From contig CAWKKR010000008.1 in the NCBI GenBank assembly GCA_963850305.1, positions 1,888,001-1,952,000 of the forward strand: a stretch of DNA of 64,000 bases. The letters are read 5' to 3'. Shown here in pieces: positions 49,349 through 59,002 of this stretch; the stretch's first letter is position 1, and each line of letters starts with the position of its first letter. The position numbers and the translations under genes were made by a program. This DNA comes from an uncultured delta proteobacterium. Its GTDB lineage: Bacteria; Myxococcota_A; Polyangia; Polyangiales; Polyangiaceae. A model generated the notes under the pieces. It had not been told where the DNA came from. It searched no databases and saw only the letters and a list, made by a program, of their open reading frames with translations.

Positions 49349-50803
49349 ATGAGCGGCAAAAGCCAGGGCGAATCGGGCACCTTCGTCATTTTTGGTGGCA
49401 CCGGCGATCTGTCGCGGAGAAAGCTGCTGCCTGCGCTGTTCCGGATGTTCGAGCGCGGCCATCTCGACAATGTTCGCGTGCTGGGTCTGTCCCGTGAGTC
49501 GAACTCCGACGCCGCGTTCCGCGACATGGCGCGGGAGGCGCTGTCGGCCGCGAAGATCACCGGGGACGTCGCTGCGCGCTTCATCGAGCATGTCCATCAA
49601 TACTCGATCGGGAGGAGCACTCCCGAAGACTTTCGCGGCCTCGCCGCCCGACTCGAAGAACTCGAGCGCGAGTATTCCCTCAAGAAGAACCGCGTGTTTT
49701 ATCTCGCGCTGCCGCCGGGAGCCGTGCCGTCGACCGCGGTCGGGCTGGGCGAGGCAGGCCTCTCCAGGGCGGAGGGTGGCTTCGCTCGGCTCATCGTCGA
49801 AAAGCCGTTCGGGCGCGACCTCACGACCGCGACGGAGCTGAATCGTATCCTCCAGGCCCACTTCGACGAGAGTCAGATCTACCGCATCGATCACTACCTC
49901 GGGAAAGAGACGGTGCAGAACCTCCTCGTCTTTCGGTTTGCCAACGTGATCTTCGAGTCCATGTGGAATCGGGAACGGGTTCGCGCCATCGAGATCACGA
50001 TGGCCGAGGACCTTGGAGTCGGGAGCCGTGCTGGTTACTACGACACCTCGGGTGCGCTCCGCGACATGGTGCAAAACCACATGACCCAGCTCGTGACGCT
50101 GGTCGGGATGGAAGTGCCGACCGCATTCGAAGCTGCGGCCATTCGATACGAGAAGATCAAGGTGCTTCGCTCGATCGTCCCGCTCGACGCGACTGACGTC
50201 GTGCGTGGCCAATATGCCGCCGGAGAAATTGGCGGCCAAAAGGTTCGTGGGTATCTCGAGGAAGAAGGCATTCCGCGCAATTCGGATACGGAAACCTTCG
50301 TCGCCATGCGTCTCGGGATCGATACCTGGCGCTGGCAAGGCGTGCCCTTTTATCTCAGGACCGGCAAGCGGCTCGGGCAACGTCTCACGCAGATCGCGGT
50401 GCATTTCCGCGACGTGCCGGTGAGCATCTTCAAACCGGTCTGCCAGAACCCGGATACCACGGACGTTCTCGTCATCACGTTGCAACCCGACGAAGGGTTC
50501 TCGCTTCATTTCGACGTGAAGACACCGGGCCAGCCGTTCAACCTGCGACGTGTTCCGCTCTCGTTCAAGTACAATCAGCTCTTCAAGGACATGCCGGAGG
50601 CGTACGAGACGCTGCTGGCGGACGTCTGGCACGGGGACCAGACTCTGTTCGTGCATGCCGAAGAGGTGCAGCAATCCTGGCGCCTTTACACCCCGCTCGT
50701 CGAGAAGCCTCCGCCGCTCGTCACGTACCCAGCGGGGACGTTCGGCCCGAAAGAAGCCGACCGATTCACGGCATCCGGAGACGGGCTGTGGTTTCAAGGC
50801 TAG
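49349..50803 (+). CDS. zwf: Glucose-6-phosphate 1-dehydrogenase
   Basis: GGTGDL, EKPFG, RIDHYLGKE, RDMVQNH, RWQGVPFYLRTGK, EAYE. Confidence 0.98.
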   Translation: MSGKSQGESGTFVIFGGTGDLSRRKLLPALFRMFERGHLDNVRVLGLSRESNSDAAFRDMAREALSAAKITGDVAARFIEHVHQYSIGRSTPEDFRGLAARLEELEREYSLKKNRVFYLALPPGAVPSTAVGLGEAGLSRAEGGFARLIVEKPFGRDLTTATELNRILQAHFDESQIYRIDHYLGKETVQNLLVFRFANVIFESMWNRERVRAIEITMAEDLGVGSRAGYYDTSGALRDMVQNHMTQLVTLVGMEVPTAFEAAAIRYEKIKVLRSIVPLDATDVVRGQYAAGEIGGQKVRGYLEEEGIPRNSDTETFVAMRLGIDTWRWQGVPFYLRTGKRLGQRLTQIAVHFRDVPVSIFKPVCQNPDTTDVLVITLQPDEGFSLHFDVKTPGQPFNLRRVPLSFKYNQLFKDMPEAYETLLADVWHGDQTLFVHAEEVQQSWRLYTPLVEKPPPLVTYPAGTFGPKEADRFTASGDGLWFQG

Positions 50804-51531
50804 TCGATACCGAGACGGTGGCCGGCGCGACGGTGCATCGCTGCGCGGACGCGGCGCAGGTCGCCGACGTCGCGACGCGGTTCGTCGCCGATCGGATTCG
50901 CCTGGCGATAGACGCTCGAGGCGCATGCCGGCTCGCGCTCTCCGGCGGTCGTACGCCGGAAGCCATGTACGAAAGACTCGCCTCGAAGGAGTTCGGAGGG
51001 GCCATCGAATGGACGAAGGTCGTCGCCTTCTTCGGCGACGAACGCATGGTGCCTCCCGACGATGCCTCGAGTAATTATCGTATGGCTCGAAACGCATTCC
51101 TCGATCGCGTTCCGATCCCCGCCGAAAACGTGCACCGTATCGAAGGAGAGCTCGAGCCGCGCGTCGCGGCCGAGCGCTACGCGACGATTCTGGGCGTGGA
51201 GCCGCTCGATCTGGTGCTCCTCGGCATGGGGGACGACGGACACGTCGCTTCGCTGTTCCCGTGCGGGCCCGAGCTAGAGCAGACGGGAAAGACTGCGACG
51301 AGCTACGCGCCGGTCGCGCCGCACTCGCGCGTGTCGATCACCTTCCCCGTCATCGACGCGGCGCGCATCGTGACGCTGCTCGTGACGGGGTCGAGCAAAT
51401 CGGTCAAGGTGCAGCAGGTCTTCGAGGAACGGCAGAGTCGACGTCCGACGTTGCCTGCGGCTCGCGTCTCACCCCGAAGCGGTGAGCTCCACTGGTTTCT
51501 GGACGCCGCAGCGGCGTCGCTGCTCTCATGA
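50788..51531 (+). CDS. pgl: 6-phosphogluconolactonase
   Basis: LALSGGRTP, GDERMVPPD..SNY, LLGMGDDGHVASLFP, RVSIT; lies between zwf and gnd. Confidence 0.95.
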   Translation: MVSRLVDTETVAGATVHRCADAAQVADVATRFVADRIRLAIDARGACRLALSGGRTPEAMYERLASKEFGGAIEWTKVVAFFGDERMVPPDDASSNYRMARNAFLDRVPIPAENVHRIEGELEPRVAAERYATILGVEPLDLVLLGMGDDGHVASLFPCGPELEQTGKTATSYAPVAPHSRVSITFPVIDAARIVTLLVTGSSKSVKVQQVFEERQSRRPTLPAARVSPRSGELHWFLDAAAASLLS

Positions 51532-51550
51532 ACTCGAGGAGAAACGCTCG

Positions 51551-52957
51551 ATGGCGAAATCGCAGTTCGGAATGATCGGGATGGCCGTGATGGGGCGCAA
51601 TCTCGCCCACAACATCGCGGACCACGGTTACACCGTGGCCGCTTACAACCGCGAGCTCGACATGCTCGAGGATGCCGTGCGCGGCACGCCGTTCACTCCC
51701 GCCAAGACCTTGCCGGAGTTCGTCGGGGCGCTCGAGCGTCCGCGTCGCATCATGATGATGATCCGCGCCGGAGCTCCCGTGGATATGGTGCTGAAGGACC
51801 TGACCCCGCTGCTCGACCCGGGTGACATCGTGATCGATGGCGGAAACTCCTGGTTCGAGGATACGCGGCGGCGGGAAGCGGCTCTCAAGGAGAAGAACCT
51901 GTTCTTTTTCGGCGTGGGCGTATCCGGCGGGGAAGAAGGCGCGCGCCACGGCCCTTCGCTGATGCCGGGCGGGGACGCAAAGGCCTACGAGCTCATCCGG
52001 CCCGTTCTCGAGGCCATCGCGGCCAAAACGGAGTCCGGCGCTTGCGTGACGCACGTGGGCCCCGACGGTGCCGGGCACTTCGTCAAGATGGTGCACAACG
52101 GCATCGAGTACGCCGACATGCAATGCATCGCGGAATCGTATCACCTGCTCCGCGATCTCCTCGGCTTCGGCCCTGCCGAGATCGCCGACACGTTTGCGGC
52201 GTGGAACAAGGGTCCGCTCGAGTCCTTCTTGATCGAGATCACAGCCAAGATTTTCACGGTGAAGGACGCGGAGCGGGGGGGCTTCCTCGTCGATCACGTC
52301 CTGGACAAGGCTGGCCAGAAGGGAACCGGCAAATGGACCGCGCAGGTTGCGCTCGACCTGGCGGTGCCGATTCCATCGATCGCGGCCGCGATCGACGCTC
52401 GCGTCCTGTCGAGCCTCAAGGACGAGCGGGTGCGGGCGAGCGCCGTGCTTTCGGGCCCGAAGAACGCTTCGAGCTCGGGTGACGAGAAGACCCTCGTCGC
52501 CGCCGTTCACGACGCGCTCCTCGCCGCCAAGGTGTGCGCCTATGCGCAAGGCATGTCGCTCATCGCGGCGGGGTCGGCCGCTCACGATTGGAAGATCGAT
52601 CTCCGGCAGATGGCGCGAATCTGGAAGGGCGGATGCATCATCCGAGCTCGATTCCTCGACACGATCTTCCGCGCGTACGAGAAGAATGCGAGCCTCGCGA
52701 ACCTGCTCCTCGACGACACTGTTCGGTCGCAGGTCGATCACGCGCAGGCAAACTGGCGACAGATTGTCGGGCTCGCTGCAGCCCGAGGCATTCCCCTGCC
52801 CGCGACCAGCGCGAGCCTCGCGTATTACGACAGCTATCGATCGCCCAGCTTGCCTCAGAACCTCACGCAGGCGCAGCGAGATGCGTTCGGTGCACACACG
52901 TACGAGCGCAATGATGGCGCGAGAGCGGGAGCGATCCACACCGAGTGGCTTGCCTAG
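51551..52957 (+). CDS. gnd: 6-phosphogluconate dehydrogenase (decarboxylating, NADP)
   Basis: SD GAGGAG; GMAVMG, YNR, DGGNS, GVSGGEEGA, KMVHNGIEY, QKGTGKW, WKGGCIIRA, QAQRDAFGAH. Confidence 0.98.
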   Translation: MAKSQFGMIGMAVMGRNLAHNIADHGYTVAAYNRELDMLEDAVRGTPFTPAKTLPEFVGALERPRRIMMMIRAGAPVDMVLKDLTPLLDPGDIVIDGGNSWFEDTRRREAALKEKNLFFFGVGVSGGEEGARHGPSLMPGGDAKAYELIRPVLEAIAAKTESGACVTHVGPDGAGHFVKMVHNGIEYADMQCIAESYHLLRDLLGFGPAEIADTFAAWNKGPLESFLIEITAKIFTVKDAERGGFLVDHVLDKAGQKGTGKWTAQVALDLAVPIPSIAAAIDARVLSSLKDERVRASAVLSGPKNASSSGDEKTLVAAVHDALLAAKVCAYAQGMSLIAAGSAAHDWKIDLRQMARIWKGGCIIRARFLDTIFRAYEKNASLANLLLDDTVRSQVDHAQANWRQIVGLAAARGIPLPATSASLAYYDSYRSPSLPQNLTQAQRDAFGAHTYERNDGARAGAIHTEWLA

Positions 52958-52960
52958 GCC

Positions 52961-53210
52961 GTCAGTGCCCGCTTGCTTCGAGCACGGGGTCATCTCGGCG
53001 CTCTCGGGTGCTCAGCGTGCGTTCGCACGCTTCCGGTCCTCACCCGCCGAGCTGACCCCGTGGTCTTCGCAATCGGGCACTGACGCGTGCGCTCTCGGGT
53101 GCTCAGCGTGCGTTCGCACGCTTCCGGTCCTCACCCGCCGAGCTGACCCCGTGGTCTTCGCAATCGGGCACTGACGCGTGCGCTCTCGGGTGCTCAGCGT
53201 GCGTTCGCAC
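52961..53210. repeat. REP/BIME-like composite repeat: 91-bp unit x2.3 plus an inverted 40-bp copy
   Basis: Identical 91-bp units start at 52998 and 53089, with a 31-bp partial copy at 53180. 52961-53000 is the reverse complement (34/40) of 53045-53084. Each unit holds the perfect hairpin agcgtgcg-tt-cgcacgct. Confidence 0.9.
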
Positions 53211-53402
53211 TGCGCGCTTTGCGGTATGGCGCGCGTTGTCATTCGCGGTCCCGACTGAAAAGTTTCGACGCTGGGGGAACCGAGCATGATGATAGAGGAC
53301 ACCTACATGTGTGCTGCGATGGTGTCGTGAGCTGACCCTTCCGCTTTTCTCCGCGAAGGTGGATAAGGAGAGCATCCTTTTTCCGGCTCCGGGGAGCGCC
53401 TC

Positions 53403-56400
53403 ATGAGGCAAGGAGTTTGCTCGATGCACACGGTGAAGTTCGTTCGAACGTTGTCGGTGACCGGCGGGGCATTGTTCGCGCTACTCGCAGCAGGATGTGG
53501 AAGCAGCGGATCGTCGAACCTGTCGAACAGTGGCGCCGGCGGAATCGACGGCGGATTTGGCGCCGGGGGAACGGGTACTGGCGGCTTCTTCGTGGTCGGC
53601 ACGGGGGGCGCTGGCGGGGGCGGAACGATCGGCACCGGTGGCGGTGGAACGATCGGCAGCGGCGGCAGCGGTGGAACGAGCAGCGGTGGCGCGGACGCCG
53701 GTCGCGACGCGCAGGCCAGCGCCGGTGGCAACGCGGGATCGCCGGCTGACGCCGCGATTCCCGATTCGGGGAGCGGCGCGTCCTCCGGGACGGACGCCGG
53801 CAACGTCGACGCCGGGAACGGGACGGACTCCGGCGTGGGGACGGACGCCGGGAAAAAGTGCGGGAATGGCGTCGTCGACACCGGCGAGGATTGCGACACG
53901 GCGATCGCAGGGACGACCGGTTGTACGACGAGCTGTCACTGGTTCTGCGTGCCCGGCGCATCGGGCAATGCGACCTGCGACGATCACCTGATCTGCGACG
54001 GCACGGAGACCTGCGGGAACGATCATCTGTGCGCGCCCGGCACCAATGCGGCGAACGGTACGACCTGCGAGAGCGGGGGCGCCTGTCAGAGCGGCCTGTG
54101 CGCGTCCGCCACGTGCGGCGACGGTATCACCCAGTCGCCCGAGGAGTGCGACGACGGGAATGCCGTCAACGGCGATGGCTGCGACACGAACTGCAAGTTC
54201 TCCTGCGTGTCCACGGACTCGACGCGCAACTGTTCGGCGCTGCAGACGCCCTGCGAAACGCCGATCACGTGCAACGATGGCACGCATGTGTGTTCGACGC
54301 CCACCCAGAAACCGGACGACACGCTCTGCGGCGCTCACAATTATTGTAAGGCCGGCGTTTGCACGGCCGCCGCATGCGGCAACGGCAAGGTCGAGCCGAC
54401 CGAGCAATGCGACGACGGCAACCAGACCAACGGCGATGGTTGCGACAACGACTGCGCATACAGCTGCGTCACGCCCGCGACCGATTGTGGGGCCGCTCCG
54501 GCTTGCGAAAAAGAGACGTGCACCCTCGCGCATACGTGCAGTGCCGTCGCGGACCAAACGAAGGACGACGCGGCGTGCGGAACCGGGAGGGTCTGCTCCG
54601 CCGGTAACTGCATCAACTCCTGTGGCAACGGGATCGTCGATGCCGCCGACGGTGAGCAGTGCGACGACGGGAACACCGTGAACGGGGACGGCTGTAACAA
54701 CAACTGTCTCTACAGCTGCTCGAACCCGACCACGGACTGCACCGGGACGCCGGCCCCCTGCGACAAGTGGGCCTGCGGCGCGGCGAGTCACGCCTGCCAG
54801 TCCGTGCCGGATTCCACGAAGAACGATACCACCTGTGGCAGCGCCCTCGTCTGTAATGCCAGCGGCAGCTGCGTGAATGCGTGCGGCAACGGCATCGTCG
54901 ATACCGGTGAAGCTTGCGACGACGGGAACACCGTGAACGGGGACGGCTGTAACAACAACTGTCAATTCAGCTGCTCGAATCCCGCGACGGATTGCTCCGG
55001 AAGTGCGGGCACGTGCCAGAAGTGGTCTTGCAACGGCACCCACCAGTGCGCGGCGGTCGCGGACACCAACCAGAATGGAAACACCTGCGGCTCGGGGCAG
55101 GTCTGCGCCAGCGGGGTCTGCGGAACTTCTTGCGGCAACGGTCACGTCGATCCCGGTGAGGCCTGCGACGACGGGAACACCGTGAACGGGGACGGCTGTA
55201 ACAACAACTGTCAATTCAGCTGCACTGTTGCCACGACGGACTGCACGCCCATGCCCTGCCAGGTCCCGTCGTGCGTGGCCAATGCGGACGGCAAGGTCTG
55301 CAACTACTCTCCCGACGGGACGCAGAACGACAAGGCGTGTGGGAGCGGCTTGGTATGCTCCGCCGGGACCTGCATCAACTCGTGCGGCAACGGTATCGTC
55401 GATGCCGCAGACGGTGAGGCCTGCGACGACGGGAACTCCGTGAACGGAGACGGCTGTAACAACAACTGTCAATTCACCTGCGCGAATCCCGTCACGGACT
55501 GCGCGGGCGCGCCCACGTGTCAGATCGCGGTGTGCACCGCGGGCCACGTGTGCGCGGACGCCGCGGATCCGACGCAGAACGACAAGGCCTGCGCGGCGGG
55601 CAAAGTCTGCTCGAGCGGAGCGTGCGTGAACGCCTGCGGTAACGGCATCGTCGATTCGGGTGAAGAATGCGATGACGGGAACTCCGTGAACGGAGACGGC
55701 TGCAACAACGATTGCACGTTCAGCTGCTCGGACCCCGCGACGGACTGCGGTACCGCGCCCGCGTGCGAGGTGGAGAGCTGCACGGCGGGGCATGTCTGCC
55801 TGGCCGTCGCGGACGCGACGCAGAACGAGGCGTCGTGCGGCACCGGCAAGGTGTGTAACAACGGCTCGTGCGTCACCGCCTGCGGCGATGGCATCATCGA
55901 ATCCGGAGAGCAGTGCGAGCCGCCGAACACGGCCACCTGTGACGCCAACTGCCAGAACCAGTGTGACGTCGACGGGTCCTGGGCGTCGCTCTTGACGATC
56001 CCCGTCACCTGGGTCGCCGACGGCGTCTACCTGAGCAAGGGCTCGGGGAATATCAAGGTCTGGTCCCTAGTCACGACGAGCCAATCGGGCACGGCCAACA
56101 CCGTGCTTCCGTGCGGCATCACCGTGCCGAACTTCAGCAGCGCCCTCGGCACCTATTACATCACGTTCCCGAACTCGCTCTTCGACAACGATTACCTCTC
56201 TGCCGTGTCCATGCCAGCGACGTTCTCGAGCCTGAAGGCCGGGGCGACGTACAGCACCAACGCGGCGTTCACGTCGCTCATCGGAATGAGCGCCCCGGCG
56301 ACCGGCGCGTGGCCCGCGGCGGCGTCCGGGGTGACTGAGGTCGATCAGGATGCCGACAACCAGCCCGGGGTGACCGCCGCGACCGACGCCCCGACGGCCG

Positions 56401-56702
56401 TTTTTGGCACCGCCGCCGATCACATCGACCTGGCGATCCGCCAGACCACGGCGTTGAGCGGAACGCTCACGGATTGTACCCACCTGTCCGGCTCGGCGAC
56501 GGTCTCCGCCGAGAATAACCACGTCCTCGGCTGCACCACGGCGACGGGCGCGAAGGGCGCCGATGTCGCGTGCAACGCCACCCAATACGGATTCCTCGAT
56601 TCGCACCGCCCGATTTACGTCGTCGGCGCCGGCGCCACGTTCGTGGCGCAGAAGATGGCGAACGCGGCCACGTGCGCTAACGTCCGCGCCGACTACCCGT
56701 GA
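53403..56702 (+). CDS. Large Cys-rich repeat lipoprotein (Myxococcus cysteine-rich repeat/DUF4215-like)
   Basis: Lipobox LAAGC, Gly-rich and DAG linkers, nine CG(N/D)G...E.C(D/E) repeats, then a ~245-aa C-terminal beta-rich domain. Start ATG 53403 or 53424. Confidence 0.85.
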   Translation: MRQGVCSMHTVKFVRTLSVTGGALFALLAAGCGSSGSSNLSNSGAGGIDGGFGAGGTGTGGFFVVGTGGAGGGGTIGTGGGGTIGSGGSGGTSSGGADAGRDAQASAGGNAGSPADAAIPDSGSGASSGTDAGNVDAGNGTDSGVGTDAGKKCGNGVVDTGEDCDTAIAGTTGCTTSCHWFCVPGASGNATCDDHLICDGTETCGNDHLCAPGTNAANGTTCESGGACQSGLCASATCGDGITQSPEECDDGNAVNGDGCDTNCKFSCVSTDSTRNCSALQTPCETPITCNDGTHVCSTPTQKPDDTLCGAHNYCKAGVCTAAACGNGKVEPTEQCDDGNQTNGDGCDNDCAYSCVTPATDCGAAPACEKETCTLAHTCSAVADQTKDDAACGTGRVCSAGNCINSCGNGIVDAADGEQCDDGNTVNGDGCNNNCLYSCSNPTTDCTGTPAPCDKWACGAASHACQSVPDSTKNDTTCGSALVCNASGSCVNACGNGIVDTGEACDDGNTVNGDGCNNNCQFSCSNPATDCSGSAGTCQKWSCNGTHQCAAVADTNQNGNTCGSGQVCASGVCGTSCGNGHVDPGEACDDGNTVNGDGCNNNCQFSCTVATTDCTPMPCQVPSCVANADGKVCNYSPDGTQNDKACGSGLVCSAGTCINSCGNGIVDAADGEACDDGNSVNGDGCNNNCQFTCANPVTDCAGAPTCQIAVCTAGHVCADAADPTQNDKACAAGKVCSSGACVNACGNGIVDSGEECDDGNSVNGDGCNNDCTFSCSDPATDCGTAPACEVESCTAGHVCLAVADATQNEASCGTGKVCNNGSCVTACGDGIIESGEQCEPPNTATCDANCQNQCDVDGSWASLLTIPVTWVADGVYLSKGSGNIKVWSLVTTSQSGTANTVLPCGITVPNFSSALGTYYITFPNSLFDNDYLSAVSMPATFSSLKAGATYSTNAAFTSLIGMSAPATGAWPAAASGVTEVDQDADNQPGVTAATDAPTAVFGTAADHIDLAIRQTTALSGTLTDCTHLSGSATVSAENNHVLGCTTATGAKGADVACNATQYGFLDSHRPIYVVGAGATFVAQKMANAATCANVRADYP
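53859..55955 (+). repeat. Intragenic tandem Cys-rich repeats (~250 bp period)
   Basis: The core gcgacgacgggaacaccgtgaacggggacggctgtaacaacaactgtc is identical at 54661, 54916 and 55165 and near-identical at 55423. Confidence 0.85.
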
Positions 56703-56826
56703 CGGAGTGCGTCGCGCAGTTCGCCCGTGGCGATTCCATCACACCAGATGGGGTCCTACTGTGGCAAAACAGCGTCAGGTTGCCCCTGCACGCCTGAAAA
56801 TCAGCGGAGACACGGTCGCAACGGGG

Positions 56827-56842
56827 TGGCATGAAGCGTGCT
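56827..56842 (+). promoter_or_regulatory. Putative sigma54 -24/-12 promoter
   Basis: TGGCATGAAGCGTGCT has exact GG-N10-GC spacing and lies ~40 nt upstream of ATG 56883 with SD GAGGAGG. Confidence 0.5.
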
Positions 56843-56882
56843 CTGGGTCGTCCTCCGGATCGACAGAGTCCGAGGAGGATGG

Positions 56883-58016
56883 ATGAAACGCTTATTCAGA
56901 ATCGCCGCGTTTGCGAGTCTCAGCGGTATCGAATGCATCGCGAGCGGGCAAACCATTGCTGGTTCCGGAGCACCCGCCGCCCCGCCCGTTCCTGGAGCAC
57001 CCGCTGCCGCGGCGCCCGCCCTCGGCTCCGCGGCCCCTCCGGCTGCCCCCGGCTATGCCGTCCCACCTGCCCCCGGCTACACGGCGCCCCCTCCGCCCAT
57101 GCCCGTGTCGAATCAAGCCGCGTGCGTCGTCGGCGATCATCCGCTCGACTGGTCCGACTCGGCGCGCACCGCGACCGGGCTGGTCTGCGACGCGCTTCGA
57201 CAGCGCGGCGTGGACATCGGGCTGCCGTCGACCGACGCACACGGGGCAACGAGTGAGTATGTCGTGAGTCTCGACCAGCTCGGCGCGACGTTTTTTCTGG
57301 GCGTGACGTTCGAGAGCCCGATCGGCGAGATTGTGAAGACCCGTCGCGCGTCCCTCGACAATCTGAGTGAAGCGCAGCTCGCCGCGCCCCGCCTCGCCGC
57401 CGCCATGCTGGACAACGGAAGCGCCCCGGACAGCGCCGCGCCCGGCGACACGATCGTTCCGGAGAGTCGAGGGTACAGGAAGACCACGGACGGCTTCTTC
57501 GTCGGCATCGGACTTTCCGCGCTCTCCATGCCTGCTCAGGGGGCTTACATGGGTCCAGCAGGCACCCTGTTCGCCTATTATGAAACCGGTAGCTGGGCCT
57601 TCGGATTGCAGCTCATCGAGGGCGACGCGGACATGCACCCGAGTGCGTTCGCAGTTCTCGACGACTTTTCGGTCGGCGCGCGATACTTTTTCAGCGACGG
57701 CGAGGTCTCTCCCTTCTTCGGTGGCGGCCTTGCCCTCAGCTACATCAACGAGCATGAGCACGACGGAACGTACCAATACCTGACCGGGGGCGGGACCGGC
57801 GCGTTCGCGGAGGTCGGGATAGAAGCGCTCCGCCTCCACAGGACGCACCTGATAGCGAGCCTTCGCGTCGACGCCCCCTTCTACGCGCTAGAGCGAACCG
57901 CAGACACTTCGTACAACTACGACAGCGCCCTTCAGACCGATGTCACCCAGCCGCCCTCGGGGCCGATCACTCGCTACGAGGTTCCGATGACCTTCACCCT
58001 GGGGATCGGCTTCTGA
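56883..58016 (+). CDS. Secreted protein with Pro/Ala linker and probable C-terminal outer-membrane beta-barrel
   Basis: Signal peptide MKRLFRIAAFA, amphipathic strands (GARYFF, SPFFGGGL, AFAEVGIE), terminal FTLGIGF (C-terminal Phe). Confidence 0.6.
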   Translation: MKRLFRIAAFASLSGIECIASGQTIAGSGAPAAPPVPGAPAAAAPALGSAAPPAAPGYAVPPAPGYTAPPPPMPVSNQAACVVGDHPLDWSDSARTATGLVCDALRQRGVDIGLPSTDAHGATSEYVVSLDQLGATFFLGVTFESPIGEIVKTRRASLDNLSEAQLAAPRLAAAMLDNGSAPDSAAPGDTIVPESRGYRKTTDGFFVGIGLSALSMPAQGAYMGPAGTLFAYYETGSWAFGLQLIEGDADMHPSAFAVLDDFSVGARYFFSDGEVSPFFGGGLALSYINEHEHDGTYQYLTGGGTGAFAEVGIEALRLHRTHLIASLRVDAPFYALERTADTSYNYDSALQTDVTQPPSGPITRYEVPMTFTLGIGF

Positions 58017-58024
58017 GTGTCACG

Positions 58025-58927
58025 TCAGCCGCGCCGCCCGACGACCTCCTCGACCTTCAGCTCGAGGAGACACTTTGCGAACTTGAGGAACTCCGGGACG
58101 TGACGCATCTTGGAGCGCCCGCGGGTCCTCACCGCGTAGCGAATCGGAACCTCCGCGATCCGAGCGCCCGGCCCTGAAACCCGCGCCGCAAGCTCGAGCA
58201 CGAGCTCGAACCCCGGACGCGTCAGTCCTGCGTCAGTGAGCGCGTCGCGTCTGACGCCTCTCAACCCCGTGTACAGGTCCGAGAGGCGTTGGTCGAAGAG
58301 CACGTTGAACAGAGTCGTCACGACGCGGTTGCCGAGGCGTCGGAGGAGCGGCATGCCGGCCTCTCCGGACGATCGCCCGCGGAACCGAGAACCATAGACG
58401 GCCGGCGCCTCTTTCAGCGCCGCAACGATCGCCGGGATATCCTCGGGGTAGTATTCGAGGTCGGCGTCGATCATGACGATGTAGTCGCCGCTCGACGCGC
58501 CGATCCCGTCGAGGAGCGAACGCCCGTACCCGAGATTCGACGAGTGCCGGACGACGCTCGCGCCAGAAAGCCGCTCGAGGACGGCGAGGGTGCCATCCGT
58601 CGAGCCGTTGTCGACGAATACGATGTGCGCGCCGGGGCAAGCCGTCTGCAAGCGGGCGAACAGCTCACCGACGGTGGCGGCTTCGTTGAACACCGGCACC
58701 ACGACGTCTAGGAAAGGGGGCCTTGCCCCCGCGGCTCGCTTCGCGCCCGCTCGCCCGCCGCCTTCGGCGTGCTCGCTTTGCTCAAGGGGGGCCTTGCCGC
58801 CCGCGGCTTGCTTCGCAACCGCTCCCCCCGCCGCCTTCGGCGTGCTCGCTGCGCTCGCGTAGTTCCGCGCCTCGTTGATTCTTTGTGGACGACGGCGTCG
58901 TCGATGCGGAACTACTGATGCGCTCAT
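58025..58927 (-). CDS. GT2 glycosyltransferase, DPM1-like
   Basis: VVVPVFNE, VDNGSTDGT, NLGYG, MIDADLEY, VYGSRF, SDLYTG, EVPIRY..R..GRSK. The N-terminal ~70 aa contain a repeat; start uncertain. Confidence 0.88.
   Translation of the reverse strand: MSASVVPHRRRRRPQRINEARNYASAASTPKAAGGAVAKQAAGGKAPLEQSEHAEGGGRAGAKRAAGARPPFLDVVVPVFNEAATVGELFARLQTACPGAHIVFVDNGSTDGTLAVLERLSGASVVRHSSNLGYGRSLLDGIGASSGDYIVMIDADLEYYPEDIPAIVAALKEAPAVYGSRFRGRSSGEAGMPLLRRLGNRVVTTLFNVLFDQRLSDLYTGLRGVRRDALTDAGLTRPGFELVLELAARVSGPGARIAEVPIRYAVRTRGRSKMRHVPEFLKFAKCLLELKVEEVVGRRG
58714..58850. repeat. Two imperfect ~65-bp palindromic REP-like units
   Basis: 58714-58777 and 58784-58850 share aaggggg(g)ccttgcc..ccgcggct.gcttcgc..ccgctc.cccgccgccttcggcgtgctcgct; they contain short stems such as gggggccttgccccc. 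Confidence 0.7.
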
Positions 58928-59002
58928 GGGGGCACCCTAACACCATGGCGCCGAGTGCCGTCCCTCTCCCTCTCCGCCTTCAAACAGGGCAGGCTCTGCC
59001 CC

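Noticed and set aside
52961..53210. CRISPR array
   Set aside because: The 31-nt element recurs three times, but the 60-nt intervening sequences are identical rather than unique spacers, and there are no cas genes. The ORFs 53012-53302 and 53103-53429 are repeat translations.
54661..55720. Diversity-generating retroelement (AAC-rich repeats)
   Set aside because: The repeats are in-frame coding units, differences are not confined to adenines, and no reverse transcriptase is present.
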